Source of the DNA: Azolla caroliniana
Taxonomy: Eukaryota > Plantae > Polypodiophyta
DNA length: 32,292 nt
Direction: 5' to 3'
Assembly (NCBI GenBank): GCA_043228905.1
Contig: JBHGNT010000350.1
Location: 1 to 32,292 of the forward strand
The notes under the pieces were generated by a model, which worked only from the letters and a program-made list of their open reading frames with translations, was not told the origin of the DNA and did no database searches. Of the stretch, positions 10,155 through 23,456 are shown one piece after another; position 1 is the first letter of the stretch; each line of letters opens with the position of its first letter. The position numbers were made by a program, and so were the translations under genes.

Positions 10155-10610
10155 GACAGTGCCCTGCGTTCCGAGGTACTAATGCTACACGAACCTACAC
10201 AAAAATGCCCTACGAGGACAACTAATATCGAGGGACCCACCACGTCACCGTCCCAACCGCACGCGCGACGGGCGCCGGCGAAGGCTAAGGCTAAGGCTAA
10301 GGCTTTGGATCCTAGAGAAGGACTATATATATATCCCCTGCCCGGATTCGAACCTCGCCACTCATGCCCACCCCATAAAGCCTCTTACGCCCTCTCCTTG
10401 ATCCGGACGACACTCTTTAACCCACACCGAATGACAATGCCCCTCGACGCTTCACCCTTCCTATGCTCTCGTCCGCCTCTACGAAAGCCAAGAGGCCCAC
10501 GCGCACGGGAACGGCTCGGGCGGGAAAAGAACGCAACCCATGCCCGGGACTTCCCGGGAGGTCACCCATCCCAGTACTGTGCACGAAAAGAAGACGACTC
10601 GAAGCAAAAA

Positions 10611-10729
10611 GGGTGCAGCACCAGGACTTCCCGGGAGGTCACCCATCCCAGTACTGTTCTGGCCCAAGCGCGCTTAACTGCGGAGTTCTGATGGGATCCG
10701 GTGTATTAGCGCTGGTATGACCGCACCAC
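10611..10729 (-). rRNA. 5S rRNA: 5S rRNA copy 19
   Basis: Repeat of copy 1. Confidence 0.97.
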
Positions 10730-11185
10730 GACAGTGCCCTGCGTTCCGAGGTACTAATGCTACACGAACCTACACAAAAATGCCCTACGAGGACAACTAA
10801 TATCGAGGGACCCACCACGTCACCGTCCCAACCGCACGCGCGACGGGCGCCGGCGAAGGCTAAGGCTAAGGCTAAGGCTTTGGATCCTAGAGAAGGACTA
10901 TATATATATCCCCTGCCCGGATTCGAACCTCGCCACTCATGCCCACCCCATAAAGCCTCTTACGCCCTCTCCTTGATCCGGACGACACTCTTTAACCCAC
11001 ACCGAATGACAATGCCCCTCGACGCTTCACCCTTCCTATGCTCTCGTCCGCCTCTACGAAAGCCAAGAGGCCCACGCGCACGGGAACGGCTCGGGCGGGA
11101 AAAGAACGCAACCCATGCCCGGGACTTCCCGGGAGGTCACCCATCCCAGTACTGTGCACGAAAAGAAGACGACTCGAAGCAAAAA

Positions 11186-11304
11186 GGGTGCAGCACCAGG
11201 ACTTCCCGGGAGGTCACCCATCCCAGTACTGTTCTGGCCCAAGCGCGCTTAACTGCGGAGTTCTGATGGGATCCGGTGTATTAGCGCTGGTATGACCGCA
11301 CCAC
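11186..11304 (-). rRNA. 5S rRNA: 5S rRNA copy 20
   Basis: Repeat of copy 1. Confidence 0.97.
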
Positions 11305-11760
11305 GACAGTGCCCTGCGTTCCGAGGTACTAATGCTACACGAACCTACACAAAAATGCCCTACGAGGACAACTAATATCGAGGGACCCACCACGTCACCG
11401 TCCCAACCGCACGCGCGACGGGCGCCGGCGAAGGCTAAGGCTAAGGCTAAGGCTTTGGATCCTAGAGAAGGACTATATATATATCCCCTGCCCGGATTCG
11501 AACCTCGCCACTCATGCCCACCCCATAAAGCCTCTTACGCCCTCTCCTTGATCCGGACGACACTCTTTAACCCACACCGAATGACAATGCCCCTCGACGC
11601 TTCACCCTTCCTATGCTCTCGTCCGCCTCTACGAAAGCCAAGAGGCCCACGCGCACGGGAACGGCTCGGGCGGGAAAAGAACGCAACCCATGCCCGGGAC
11701 TTCCCGGGAGGTCACCCATCCCAGTACTGTGCACGAAAAGAAGACGACTCGAAGCAAAAA

Positions 11761-11879
11761 GGGTGCAGCACCAGGACTTCCCGGGAGGTCACCCATCCCA
11801 GTACTGTTCTGGCCCAAGCGCGCTTAACTGCGGAGTTCTGATGGGATCCGGTGTATTAGCGCTGGTATGACCGCACCAC
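11761..11879 (-). rRNA. 5S rRNA: 5S rRNA copy 21
   Basis: Repeat of copy 1. Confidence 0.97.
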
Positions 11880-12335
11880 GACAGTGCCCTGCGTTCCGAG
11901 GTACTAATGCTACACGAACCTACACAAAAATGCCCTACGAGGACAACTAATATCGAGGGACCCACCACGTCACCGTCCCAACCGCACGCGCGACGGGCGC
12001 CGGCGAAGGCTAAGGCTAAGGCTAAGGCTTTGGATCCTAGAGAAGGACTATATATATATCCCCTGCCCGGATTCGAACCTCGCCACTCATGCCCACCCCA
12101 TAAAGCCTCTTACGCCCTCTCCTTGATCCGGACGACACTCTTTAACCCACACCGAATGACAATGCCCCTCGACGCTTCACCCTTCCTATGCTCTCGTCCG
12201 CCTCTACGAAAGCCAAGAGGCCCACGCGCACGGGAACGGCTCGGGCGGGAAAAGAACGCAACCCATGCCCGGGACTTCCCGGGAGGTCACCCATCCCAGT
12301 ACTGTGCACGAAAAGAAGACGACTCGAAGCAAAAA

Positions 12336-12454
12336 GGGTGCAGCACCAGGACTTCCCGGGAGGTCACCCATCCCAGTACTGTTCTGGCCCAAGCGCGCTT
12401 AACTGCGGAGTTCTGATGGGATCCGGTGTATTAGCGCTGGTATGACCGCACCAC
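12336..12454 (-). rRNA. 5S rRNA: 5S rRNA copy 22
   Basis: Repeat of copy 1. Confidence 0.97.
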
Positions 12455-12910
12455 GACAGTGCCCTGCGTTCCGAGGTACTAATGCTACACGAACCTACAC
12501 AAAAATGCCCTACGAGGACAACTAATATCGAGGGACCCACCACGTCACCGTCCCAACCGCACGCGCGACGGGCGCCGGCGAAGGCTAAGGCTAAGGCTAA
12601 GGCTTTGGATCCTAGAGAAGGACTATATATATATCCCCTGCCCGGATTCGAACCTCGCCACTCATGCCCACCCCATAAAGCCTCTTACGCCCTCTCCTTG
12701 ATCCGGACGACACTCTTTAACCCACACCGAATGACAATGCCCCTCGACGCTTCACCCTTCCTATGCTCTCGTCCGCCTCTACGAAAGCCAAGAGGCCCAC
12801 GCGCACGGGAACGGCTCGGGCGGGAAAAGAACGCAACCCATGCCCGGGACTTCCCGGGAGGTCACCCATCCCAGTACTGTGCACGAAAAGAAGATGACTC
12901 GAAGCAAAAA

Positions 12911-13029
12911 GGGTGCAGCACCAGGACTTCCCGGGAGGTCACCCATCCCAGTACTGTTCTGGCCCAAGCGCGCTTAACTGCGGAGTTCTGATGGGATCCG
13001 GTGTATTAGCGCTGGTATGACCGCACCAC
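12911..13029 (-). rRNA. 5S rRNA: 5S rRNA copy 23
   Basis: Repeat of copy 1. Confidence 0.97.
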
Positions 13030-13485
13030 GACAGTGCCCTGCGTTCCGAGGTACTAATGCTACACGAACCTACACAAAAATGCCCTACGAGGACAACTAA
13101 TATCGAGGGACCCACCACGTCACCGTCCCAACCGCACGCGCGACGGGCGCCGGCGAAGGCTAAGGCTAAGGCTAAGGCTTTGGATCCTAGAGAAGGACTA
13201 TATATATATCCCCTGCCCGGATTCGAACCTCGCCACTCATGCCCACCCCATAAAGCCTCTTACGCCCTCTCCTTGATCCGGACGACACTCTTTAACCCAC
13301 ACCGAATGACAATGCCCCTCGACGCTTCACCCTTCCTATGCTCTCGTCCGCCTCTACGAAAGCCAAGAGGCCCACGCGCACGGGAACGGCTCGGGCGGGA
13401 AAAGAACGCAACCCATGCCCGGGACTTCCCGGGAGGTCACCCATCCCAGTACTGTGCACGAAAAGAAGACGACTCGAAGCAAAAA

Positions 13486-13604
13486 GGGTGCAGCACCAGG
13501 ACTTCCCGGGAGGTCACCCATCCCAGTACTGTTCTGGCCCAAGCGCGCTTAACTGCGGAGTTCTGATGGGATCCGGTGTATTAGCGCTGGTATGACCGCA
13601 CCAC
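13486..13604 (-). rRNA. 5S rRNA: 5S rRNA copy 24
   Basis: Repeat of copy 1. Confidence 0.97.
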
Positions 13605-14060
13605 GACAGTGCCCTGCGTTCCGAGGTACTAATGCTACACGAACCTACACAAAAATGCCCTACGAGGACAACTAATATCGAGGGACCCACCACGTCACCG
13701 TCCCAACCGCACGCGCGACGGGCGCCGGCGAAGGCTAAGGCTAAGGCTAAGGCTTTGGATCCTAGAGAAGGACTATATATATATCCCCTGCCCGGATTCG
13801 AACCTCGCCACTCATGCCCACCCCATAAAGCCTCTTACGCCCTCTCCTTGATCCGGACGACACTCTTTAACCCACACCGAATGACAATGCCCCTCGACGC
13901 TTCACCCTTCCTATGCTCTCGTCCGCCTCTACGAAAGCCAAGAGGCCCACGCGCACGGGAACGGCTCGGGCGGGAAAAGAACGCAACCCATGCCCGGGAC
14001 TTCCCGGGAGGTCACCCATCCCAGTACTGTGCACGAAAAGAAGACGACTCGAAGCAAAAA

Positions 14061-14179
14061 GGGTGCAGCACCAGGACTTCCCGGGAGGTCACCCATCCCA
14101 GTACTGTTCTGGCCCAAGCGCGCTTAACTGCGGAGTTCTGATGGGATCCGGTGTATTAGCGCTGGTATGACCGCACCAC
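14061..14179 (-). rRNA. 5S rRNA: 5S rRNA copy 25
   Basis: Repeat of copy 1. Confidence 0.97.
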
Positions 14180-14635
14180 GACAGTGCCCTGCGTTCCGAG
14201 GTACTAATGCTACACGAACCTACACAAAAATGCCCTACGAGGACAACTAATATCGAGGGACCCACCACGTCACCGTCCCAACCGCACGCGCGACGGGCGC
14301 CGGCGAAGGCTAAGGCTAAGGCTAAGGCTTTGGATCCTAGAGAAGGACTATATATATATCCCCTGCCCGGATTCGAACCTCGCCACTCATGCCCACCCCA
14401 TAAAGCCTCTTACGCCCTCTCCTTGATCCGGACGACACTCTTTAACCCACACCGAATGACAATGCCCCTCGACGCTTCACCCTTCCTATGCTCTCGTCCG
14501 CCTCTACGAAAGCCAAGAGGCCCACGCGCACGGGAACGGCTCGGGCGGGAAAAGAACGCAACCCATGCCCGGGACTTCCCGGGAGGTCACCCATCCCAGT
14601 ACTGTGCACGAAAAGAAGACGACTCGAAGCAAAAA

Positions 14636-14754
14636 GGGTGCAGCACCAGGACTTCCCGGGAGGTCACCCATCCCAGTACTGTTCTGGCCCAAGCGCGCTT
14701 AACTGCGGAGTTCTGATGGGATCCGGTGTATTAGCGCTGGTATGACCGCACCAC
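14636..14754 (-). rRNA. 5S rRNA: 5S rRNA copy 26
   Basis: Repeat of copy 1. Confidence 0.97.
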
Positions 14755-15210
14755 GACAGTGCCCTGCGTTCCGAGGTACTAATGCTACACGAACCTACAC
14801 AAAAATGCCCTACGAGGACAACTAATATCGAGGGACCCACCACGTCACCGTCCCAACCGCACGCGCGACGGGCGCCGGCGAAGGCTAAGGCTAAGGCTAA
14901 GGCTTTGGATCCTAGAGAAGGACTATATATATATCCCCTGCCCGGATTCGAACCTCGCCACTCATGCCCACCCCATAAAGCCTCTTACGCCCTCTCCTTG
15001 ATCCGGACGACACTCTTTAACCCACACCGAATGACAATGCCCCTCGACGCTTCACCCTTCCTATGCTCTCGTCCGCCTCTACGAAAGCCAAGAGGCCCAC
15101 GCGCACGGGAACGGCTCGGGCGGGAAAAGAACGCAACCCATGCCCGGGACTTCCCGGGAGGTCACCCATCCCAGTACTGTGCACGAAAAGAAGACGACTC
15201 GAAGCAAAAA

Positions 15211-15329
15211 GGGTGCAGCACCAGGACTTCCCGGGAGGTCACCCATCCCAGTACTGTTCTGGCCCAAGCGCGCTTAACTGCGGAGTTCTGATGGGATCCG
15301 GTGTATTAGCGCTGGTATGACCGCACCAC
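15211..15329 (-). rRNA. 5S rRNA: 5S rRNA copy 27
   Basis: Repeat of copy 1. Confidence 0.97.
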
Positions 15330-15785
15330 GACAGTGCCCTGCGTTCCGAGGTACTAATGCTACACGAACCTACACAAAAATGCCCTACGAGGACAACTAA
15401 TATCGAGGGACCCACCACGTCACCGTCCCAACCGCACGCGCGACGGGCGCCGGCGAAGGCTAAGGCTAAGGCTAAGGCTTTGGATCCTAGAGAAGGACTA
15501 TATATATATCCCCTGCCCGGATTCGAACCTCGCCACTCATGCCCACCCCATAAAGCCTCTTACGCCCTCTCCTTGATCCGGACGACACTCTTTAACCCAC
15601 ACCGAATGACAATGCCCCTCGACGCTTCACCCTTCCTATGCTCTCGTCCGCCTCTACGAAAGCCAAGAGGCCCACGCGCACGGGAACGGCTCGGGCGGGA
15701 AAAGAACGCAACCCATGCCCGGGACTTCCCGGGAGGTCACCCATCCCAGTACTGTGCACGAAAAGAAGACGACTCGAAGCAAAAA

Positions 15786-15904
15786 GGGTGCAGCACCAGG
15801 ACTTCCCGGGAGGTCACCCATCCCAGTACTGTTCTGGCCCAAGCGCGCTTAACTGCGGAGTTCTGATGGGATCCGGTGTATTAGCGCTGGTATGACCGCA
15901 CCAC
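15786..15904 (-). rRNA. 5S rRNA: 5S rRNA copy 28
   Basis: Repeat of copy 1. Confidence 0.97.
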
Positions 15905-16360
15905 GACAGTGCCCTGCGTTCCGAGGTACTAATGCTACACGAACCTACACAAAAATGCCCTACGAGGACAACTAATATCGAGGGACCCACCACGTCACCG
16001 TCCCAACCGCACGCGCGACGGGCGCCGGCGAAGGCTAAGGCTAAGGCTAAGGCTTTGGATCCTAGAGAAGGACTATATATATATCCCCTGCCCGGATTCG
16101 AACCTCGCCACTCATGCCCACCCCATAAAGCCTCTTACGCCCTCTCCTTGATCCGGACGACACTCTTTAACCCACACCGAATGACAATGCCCCTCGACGC
16201 TTCACCCTTCCTATGCTCTCGTCCGCCTCTACGAAAGCCAAGAGGCCCACGCGCACGGGAACGGCTCGGGCGGGAAAAGAACGCAACCCATGCCCGGGAC
16301 TTCCCGGGAGGTCACCCATCCCAGTACTGTGCACGAAAAGAAGACGACTCGAAGCAAAAA

Positions 16361-16479
16361 GGGTGCAGCACCAGGACTTCCCGGGAGGTCACCCATCCCA
16401 GTACTGTTCTGGCCCAAGCGCGCTTAACTGCGGAGTTCTGATGGGATCCGGTGTATTAGCGCTGGTATGACCGCACCAC
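16361..16479 (-). rRNA. 5S rRNA: 5S rRNA copy 29
   Basis: Repeat of copy 1. Confidence 0.97.
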
Positions 16480-16935
16480 GACAGTGCCCTGCGTTCCGAG
16501 GTACTAATGCTACACGAACCTACACAAAAATGCCCTACGAGGACAACTAATATCGAGGGACCCACCACGTCACCGTCCCAACCGCACGCGCGACGGGCGC
16601 CGGCGAAGGCTAAGGCTAAGGCTAAGGCTTTGGATCCTAGAGAAGGACTATATATATATCCCCTGCCCGGATTCGAACCTCGCCACTCATGCCCACCCCA
16701 TAAAGCCTCTTACGCCCTCTCCTTGATCCGGACGACACTCTTTAACCCACACCGAATGACAATGCCCCTCGACGCTTCACCCTTCCTATGCTCTCGTCCG
16801 CCTCTACGAAAGCCAAGAGGCCCACGCGCACGGGAACGGCTCGGGCGGGAAAAGAACGCAACCCATGCCCGGGACTTCCCGGGAGGTCACCCATCCCAGT
16901 ACTGTGCACGAAAAGAAGACGACTCGAAGCAAAAA

Positions 16936-17054
16936 GGGTGCAGCACCAGGACTTCCCGGGAGGTCACCCATCCCAGTACTGTTCTGGCCCAAGCGCGCTT
17001 AACTGCGGAGTTCTGATGGGATCCGGTGTATTAGCGCTGGTATGACCGCACCAC
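16936..17054 (-). rRNA. 5S rRNA: 5S rRNA copy 30
   Basis: Repeat of copy 1. Confidence 0.97.
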
Positions 17055-17510
17055 GACAGTGCCCTGCGTTCCGAGGTACTAATGCTACACGAACCTACAC
17101 AAAAATGCCCTACGAGGACAACTAATATCGAGGGACCCACCACGTCACCGTCCCAACCGCACGCGCGACGGGCGCCGGCGAAGGCTAAGGCTAAGGCTAA
17201 GGCTTTGGATCCTAGAGAAGGACTATATATATATCCCCTGCCCGGATTCGAACCTCGCCACTCATGCCCACCCCATAAAGCCTCTTACGCCCTCTCCTTG
17301 ATCCGGACGACACTCTTTAACCCACACCGAATGACAATGCCCCTCGACGCTTCACCCTTCCTATGCTCTCGTCCGCCTCTACGAAAGCCAAGAGGCCCAC
17401 GCGCACGGGAACGGCTCGGGCGGGAAAAGAACGCAACCCATGCCCGGGACTTCCCGGGAGGTCACCCATCCCAGTACTGTGCACGAAAAGAAGACGACTC
17501 GAAGCAAAAA

Positions 17511-17629
17511 GGGTGCAGCACCAGGACTTCCCGGGAGGTCACCCATCCCAGTACTGTTCTGGCCCAAGCGCGCTTAACTGCGGAGTTCTGATGGGATCCG
17601 GTGTATTAGCGCTGGTATGACCGCACCAC
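17511..17629 (-). rRNA. 5S rRNA: 5S rRNA copy 31
   Basis: Repeat of copy 1. Confidence 0.97.
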
Positions 17630-18085
17630 GACAGTGCCCTGCGTTCCGAGGTACTAATGCTACACGAACCTACACAAAAATGCCCTACGAGGACAACTAA
17701 TATCGAGGGACCCACCACGTCACCGTCCCAACCGCACGCGCGACGGGCGCCGGCGAAGGCTAAGGCTAAGGCTAAGGCTTTGGATCCTAGAGAAGGACTA
17801 TATATATATCCCCTGCCCGGATTCGAACCTCGCCACTCATGCCCACCCCATAAAGCCTCTTACGCCCTCTCCTTGATCCGGACGACACTCTTTAACCCAC
17901 ACCGAATGACAATGCCCCTCGACGCTTCACCCTTCCTATGCTCTCGTCCGCCTCTACGAAAGCCAAGAGGCCCACGCGCACGGGAACGGCTCGGGCGGGA
18001 AAAGAACGCAACCCATGCCCGGGACTTCCCGGGAGGTCACCCATCCCAGTACTGTGCACGAAAAGAAGACGACTCGAAGCAAAAA

Positions 18086-18204
18086 GGGTGCAGCACCAGG
18101 ACTTCCCGGGAGGTCACCCATCCCAGTACTGTTCTGGCCCAAGCGCGCTTAACTGCGGAGTTCTGATGGGATCCGGTGTATTAGCGCTGGTATGACCGCA
18201 CCAC
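18086..18204 (-). rRNA. 5S rRNA: 5S rRNA copy 32
   Basis: Repeat of copy 1. Confidence 0.97.
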
Positions 18205-18660
18205 GACAGTGCCCTGCGTTCCGAGGTACTAATGCTACACGAACCTACACAAAAATGCCCTACGAGGACAACTAATATCGAGGGACCCACCACGTCACCG
18301 TCCCAACCGCACGCGCGACGGGCGCCGGCGAAGGCTAAGGCTAAGGCTAAGGCTTTGGATCCTAGAGAAGGACTATATATATATCCCCTGCCCGGATTCG
18401 AACCTCGCCACTCATGCCCACCCCATAAAGCCTCTTACGCCCTCTCCTTGATCCGGACGACACTCTTTAACCCACACCGAATGACAATGCCCCTCGACGC
18501 TTCACCCTTCCTATGCTCTCGTCCGCCTCTACGAAAGCCAAGAGGCCCACGCGCACGGGAACGGCTCGGGCGGGAAAAGAACGCAACCCATGCCCGGGAC
18601 TTCCCGGGAGGTCACCCATCCCAGTACTGTGCACGAAAAGAAGACGACTCGAAGCAAAAA

Positions 18661-18779
18661 GGGTGCAGCACCAGGACTTCCCGGGAGGTCACCCATCCCA
18701 GTACTGTTCTGGCCCAAGCGCGCTTAACTGCGGAGTTCTGATGGGATCCGGTGTATTAGCGCTGGTATGACCGCACCAC
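18661..18779 (-). rRNA. 5S rRNA: 5S rRNA copy 33
   Basis: Repeat of copy 1. Confidence 0.97.
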
Positions 18780-19235
18780 GACAGTGCCCTGCGTTCCGAG
18801 GTACTAATGCTACACGAACCTACACAAAAATGCCCTACGAGGACAACTAATATCGAGGGACCCACCACGTCACCGTCCCAACCGCACGCGCGACGGGCGC
18901 CGGCGAAGGCTAAGGCTAAGGCTAAGGCTTTGGATCCTAGAGAAGGACTATATATATATCCCCTGCCCGGATTCGAACCTCGCCACTCATGCCCACCCCA
19001 TAAAGCCTCTTACGCCCTCTCCTTGATCCGGACGACACTCTTTAACCCACACCGAATGACAATGCCCCTCGACGCTTCACCCTTCCTATGCTCTCGTCCG
19101 CCTCTACGAAAGCCAAGAGGCCCACGCGCACGGGAACGGCTCGGGCGGGAAAAGAACGCAACCCATGCCCGGGACTTCCCGGGAGGTCACCCATCCCAGT
19201 ACTGTGCACGAAAAGAAGACGACTCGAAGCAAAAA

Positions 19236-19282
19236 GGGTGCAGCACCAGGACTTCCCGGGAGGTCACCCATCCCAGTACTGT
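19236..19282 (-). pseudogene. Extra truncated 5S fragment (nt 73-119, with T5) created by a 77-bp tandem duplication
   Basis: 34-bp core present three times (19172, 19249, 19326); unit length is 652 instead of 575. Confidence 0.9.
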
Positions 19283-19312
19283 GCACGAAAAGAAGACGAC
19301 TCGAAGCAAAAA

Positions 19313-19431
19313 GGGTGCAGCACCAGGACTTCCCGGGAGGTCACCCATCCCAGTACTGTTCTGGCCCAAGCGCGCTTAACTGCGGAGTTCTGATGGGATC
19401 CGGTGTATTAGCGCTGGTATGACCGCACCAC
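19313..19431 (-). rRNA. 5S rRNA: 5S rRNA copy 34
   Basis: Repeat of copy 1. Confidence 0.97.
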
Positions 19432-19887
19432 GACAGTGCCCTGCGTTCCGAGGTACTAATGCTACACGAACCTACACAAAAATGCCCTACGAGGACAACT
19501 AATATCGAGGGACCCACCACGTCACCGTCCCAACCGCACGCGCGACGGGCGCCGGCGAAGGCTAAGGCTAAGGCTAAGGCTTTGGATCCTAGAGAAGGAC
19601 TATATATATATCCCCTGCCCGGATTCGAACCTCGCCACTCATGCCCACCCCATAAAGCCTCTTACGCCCTCTCCTTGATCCGGACGACACTCTTTAACCC
19701 ACACCGAATGACAATGCCCCTCGACGCTTCACCCTTCCTATGCTCTCGTCCGCCTCTACGAAAGCCAAGAGGCCCACGCGCACGGGAACGGCTCGGGCGG
19801 GAAAAGAACGCAACCCATGCCCGGGACTTCCCGGGAGGTCACCCATCCCAGTACTGTGCACGAAAAGAAGACGACTCGAAGCAAAAA

Positions 19888-20006
19888 GGGTGCAGCACCA
19901 GGACTTCCCGGGAGGTCACCCATCCCAGTACTGTTCTGGCCCAAGCGCGCTTAACTGCGGAGTTCTGATGGGATCCGGTGTATTAGCGCTGGTATGACCG
20001 CACCAC
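19888..20006 (-). rRNA. 5S rRNA: 5S rRNA copy 35
   Basis: Repeat of copy 1. Confidence 0.97.
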
Positions 20007-20462
20007 GACAGTGCCCTGCGTTCCGAGGTACTAATGCTACACGAACCTACACAAAAATGCCCTACGAGGACAACTAATATCGAGGGACCCACCACGTCAC
20101 CGTCCCAACCGCACGCGCGACGGGCGCCGGCGAAGGCTAAGGCTAAGGCTAAGGCTTTGGATCCTAGAGAAGGACTATATATATATCCCCTGCCCGGATT
20201 CGAACCTCGCCACTCATGCCCACCCCATAAAGCCTCTTACGCCCTCTCCTTGATCCGGACGACACTCTTTAACCCACACCGAATGACAATGCCCCTCGAC
20301 GCTTCACCCTTCCTATGCTCTCGTCCGCCTCTACGAAAGCCAAGAGGCCCACGCGCACGGGAACGGCTCGGGCGGGAAAAGAACGCAACCCATGCCCGGG
20401 ACTTCCCGGGAGGTCACCCATCCCAGTACTGTGCACGAAAAGAAGACGACTCGAAGCAAAAA

Positions 20463-20581
20463 GGGTGCAGCACCAGGACTTCCCGGGAGGTCACCCATCC
20501 CAGTACTGTTCTGGCCCAAGCGCGCTTAACTGCGGAGTTCTGATGGGATCCGGTGTATTAGCGCTGGTATGACCGCACCAC
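20463..20581 (-). rRNA. 5S rRNA: 5S rRNA copy 36
   Basis: Repeat of copy 1. Confidence 0.97.
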
Positions 20582-21037
20582 GACAGTGCCCTGCGTTCCG
20601 AGGTACTAATGCTACACGAACCTACACAAAAATGCCCTACGAGGACAACTAATATCGAGGGACCCACCACGTCACCGTCCCAACCGCACGCGCGACGGGC
20701 GCCGGCGAAGGCTAAGGCTAAGGCTAAGGCTTTGGATCCTAGAGAAGGACTATATATATATCCCCTGCCCGGATTCGAACCTCGCCACTCATGCCCACCC
20801 CATAAAGCCTCTTACGCCCTCTCCTTGATCCGGACGACACTCTTTAACCCACACCGAATGACAATGCCCCTCGACGCTTCACCCTTCCTATGCTCTCGTC
20901 CGCCTCTACGAAAGCCAAGAGGCCCACGCGCACGGGAACGGCTCGGGCGGGAAAAGAACGCAACCCATGCCCGGGACTTCCCGGGAGGTCACCCATCCCA
21001 GTACTGTGCACGAAAAGAAGACGACTCGAAGCAAAAA

Positions 21038-21156
21038 GGGTGCAGCACCAGGACTTCCCGGGAGGTCACCCATCCCAGTACTGTTCTGGCCCAAGCGCGC
21101 TTAACTGCGGAGTTCTGATGGGATCCGGTGTATTAGCGCTGGTATGACCGCACCAC
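21038..21156 (-). rRNA. 5S rRNA: 5S rRNA copy 37
   Basis: Repeat of copy 1. Confidence 0.97.
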
Positions 21157-21612
21157 GACAGTGCCCTGCGTTCCGAGGTACTAATGCTACACGAACCTAC
21201 ACAAAAATGCCCTACGAGGACAACTAATATCGAGGGACCCACCACGTCACCGTCCCAACCGCACGCGCGACGGGCGCCGGCGAAGGCTAAGGCTAAGGCT
21301 AAGGCTTTGGATCCTAGAGAAGGACTATATATATATCCCCTGCCCGGATTCGAACCTCGCCACTCATGCCCACCCCATAAAGCCTCTTACGCCCTCTCCT
21401 TGATCCGGACGACACTCTTTAACCCACACCGAATGACAATGCCCCTCGACGCTTCACCCTTCCTATGCTCTCGTCCGCCTCTACGAAAGCCAAGAGGCCC
21501 ACGCGCACGGGAACGGCTCGGGCGGGAAAAGAACGCAACCCATGCCCGGGACTTCCCGGGAGGTCACCCATCCCAGTACTGTGCACGAAAAGAAGACGAC
21601 TCGAAGCAAAAA

Positions 21613-21731
21613 GGGTGCAGCACCAGGACTTCCCGGGAGGTCACCCATCCCAGTACTGTTCTGGCCCAAGCGCGCTTAACTGCGGAGTTCTGATGGGATC
21701 CGGTGTATTAGCGCTGGTATGACCGCACCAC
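21613..21731 (-). rRNA. 5S rRNA: 5S rRNA copy 38
   Basis: Repeat of copy 1. Confidence 0.97.
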
Positions 21732-22187
21732 GACAGTGCCCTGCGTTCCGAGGTACTAATGCTACACGAACCTACACAAAAATGCCCTACGAGGACAACT
21801 AATATCGAGGGACCCACCACGTCACCGTCCCAACCGCACGCGCGACGGGCGCCGGCGAAGGCTAAGGCTAAGGCTAAGGCTTTGGATCCTAGAGAAGGAC
21901 TATATATATATCCCCTGCCCGGATTCGAACCTCGCCACTCATGCCCACCCCATAAAGCCTCTTACGCCCTCTCCTTGATCCGGACGACACTCTTTAACCC
22001 ACACCGAATGACAATGCCCCTCGACGCTTCACCCTTCCTATGCTCTCGTCCGCCTCTACGAAAGCCAAGAGGCCCACGCGCACGGGAACGGCTCGGGCGG
22101 GAAAAGAACGCAACCCATGCCCGGGACTTCCCGGGAGGTCACCCATCCCAGTACTGTGCACGAAAAGAAGACGACTCGAAGCAAAAA

Positions 22188-22306
22188 GGGTGCAGCACCA
22201 GGACTTCCCGGGAGGTCACCCATCCCAGTACTGTTCTGGCCCAAGCGCGCTTAACTGCGGAGTTCTGATGGGATCCGGTGTATTAGCGCTGGTATGACCG
22301 CACCAC
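22188..22306 (-). rRNA. 5S rRNA: 5S rRNA copy 39
   Basis: Repeat of copy 1. Confidence 0.97.
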
Positions 22307-22762
22307 GACAGTGCCCTGCGTTCCGAGGTACTAATGCTACACGAACCTACACAAAAATGCCCTACGAGGACAACTAATATCGAGGGACCCACCACGTCAC
22401 CGTCCCAACCGCACGCGCGACGGGCGCCGGCGAAGGCTAAGGCTAAGGCTAAGGCTTTGGATCCTAGAGAAGGACTATATATATATCCCCTGCCCGGATT
22501 CGAACCTCGCCACTCATGCCCACCCCATAAAGCCTCTTACGCCCTCTCCTTGATCCGGACGACACTCTTTAACCCACACCGAATGACAATGCCCCTCGAC
22601 GCTTCACCCTTCCTATGCTCTCGTCCGCCTCTACGAAAGCCAAGAGGCCCACGCGCACGGGAACGGCTCGGGCGGGAAAAGAACGCAACCCATGCCCGGG
22701 ACTTCCCGGGAGGTCACCCATCCCAGTACTGTGCACGAAAAGAAGACGACTCGAAGCAAAAA

Positions 22763-22881
22763 GGGTGCAGCACCAGGACTTCCCGGGAGGTCACCCATCC
22801 CAGTACTGTTCTGGCCCAAGCGCGCTTAACTGCGGAGTTCTGATGGGATCCGGTGTATTAGCGCTGGTATGACCGCACCAC
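22763..22881 (-). rRNA. 5S rRNA: 5S rRNA copy 40
   Basis: Repeat of copy 1. Confidence 0.97.
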
Positions 22882-23337
22882 GACAGTGCCCTGCGTTCCG
22901 AGGTACTAATGCTACACGAACCTACACAAAAATGCCCTACGAGGACAACTAATATCGAGGGACCCACCACGTCACCGTCCCAACCGCACGCGCGACGGGC
23001 GCCGGCGAAGGCTAAGGCTAAGGCTAAGGCTTTGGATCCTAGAGAAGGACTATATATATATCCCCTGCCCGGATTCGAACCTCGCCACTCATGCCCACCC
23101 CATAAAGCCTCTTACGCCCTCTCCTTGATCCGGACGACACTCTTTAACCCACACCGAATGACAATGCCCCTCGACGCTTCACCCTTCCTATGCTCTCGTC
23201 CGCCTCTACGAAAGCCAAGAGGCCCACGCGCACGGGAACGGCTCGGGCGGGAAAAGAACGCAACCCATGCCCGGGACTTCCCGGGAGGTCACCCATCCCA
23301 GTACTGTGCACGAAAAGAAGACGACTCGAAGCAAAAA

Positions 23338-23456
23338 GGGTGCAGCACCAGGACTTCCCGGGAGGTCACCCATCCCAGTACTGTTCTGGCCCAAGCGCGC
23401 TTAACTGCGGAGTTCTGATGGGATCCGGTGTATTAGCGCTGGTATGACCGCACCAC
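23338..23456 (-). rRNA. 5S rRNA: 5S rRNA copy 41
   Basis: Repeat of copy 1. Confidence 0.97.
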
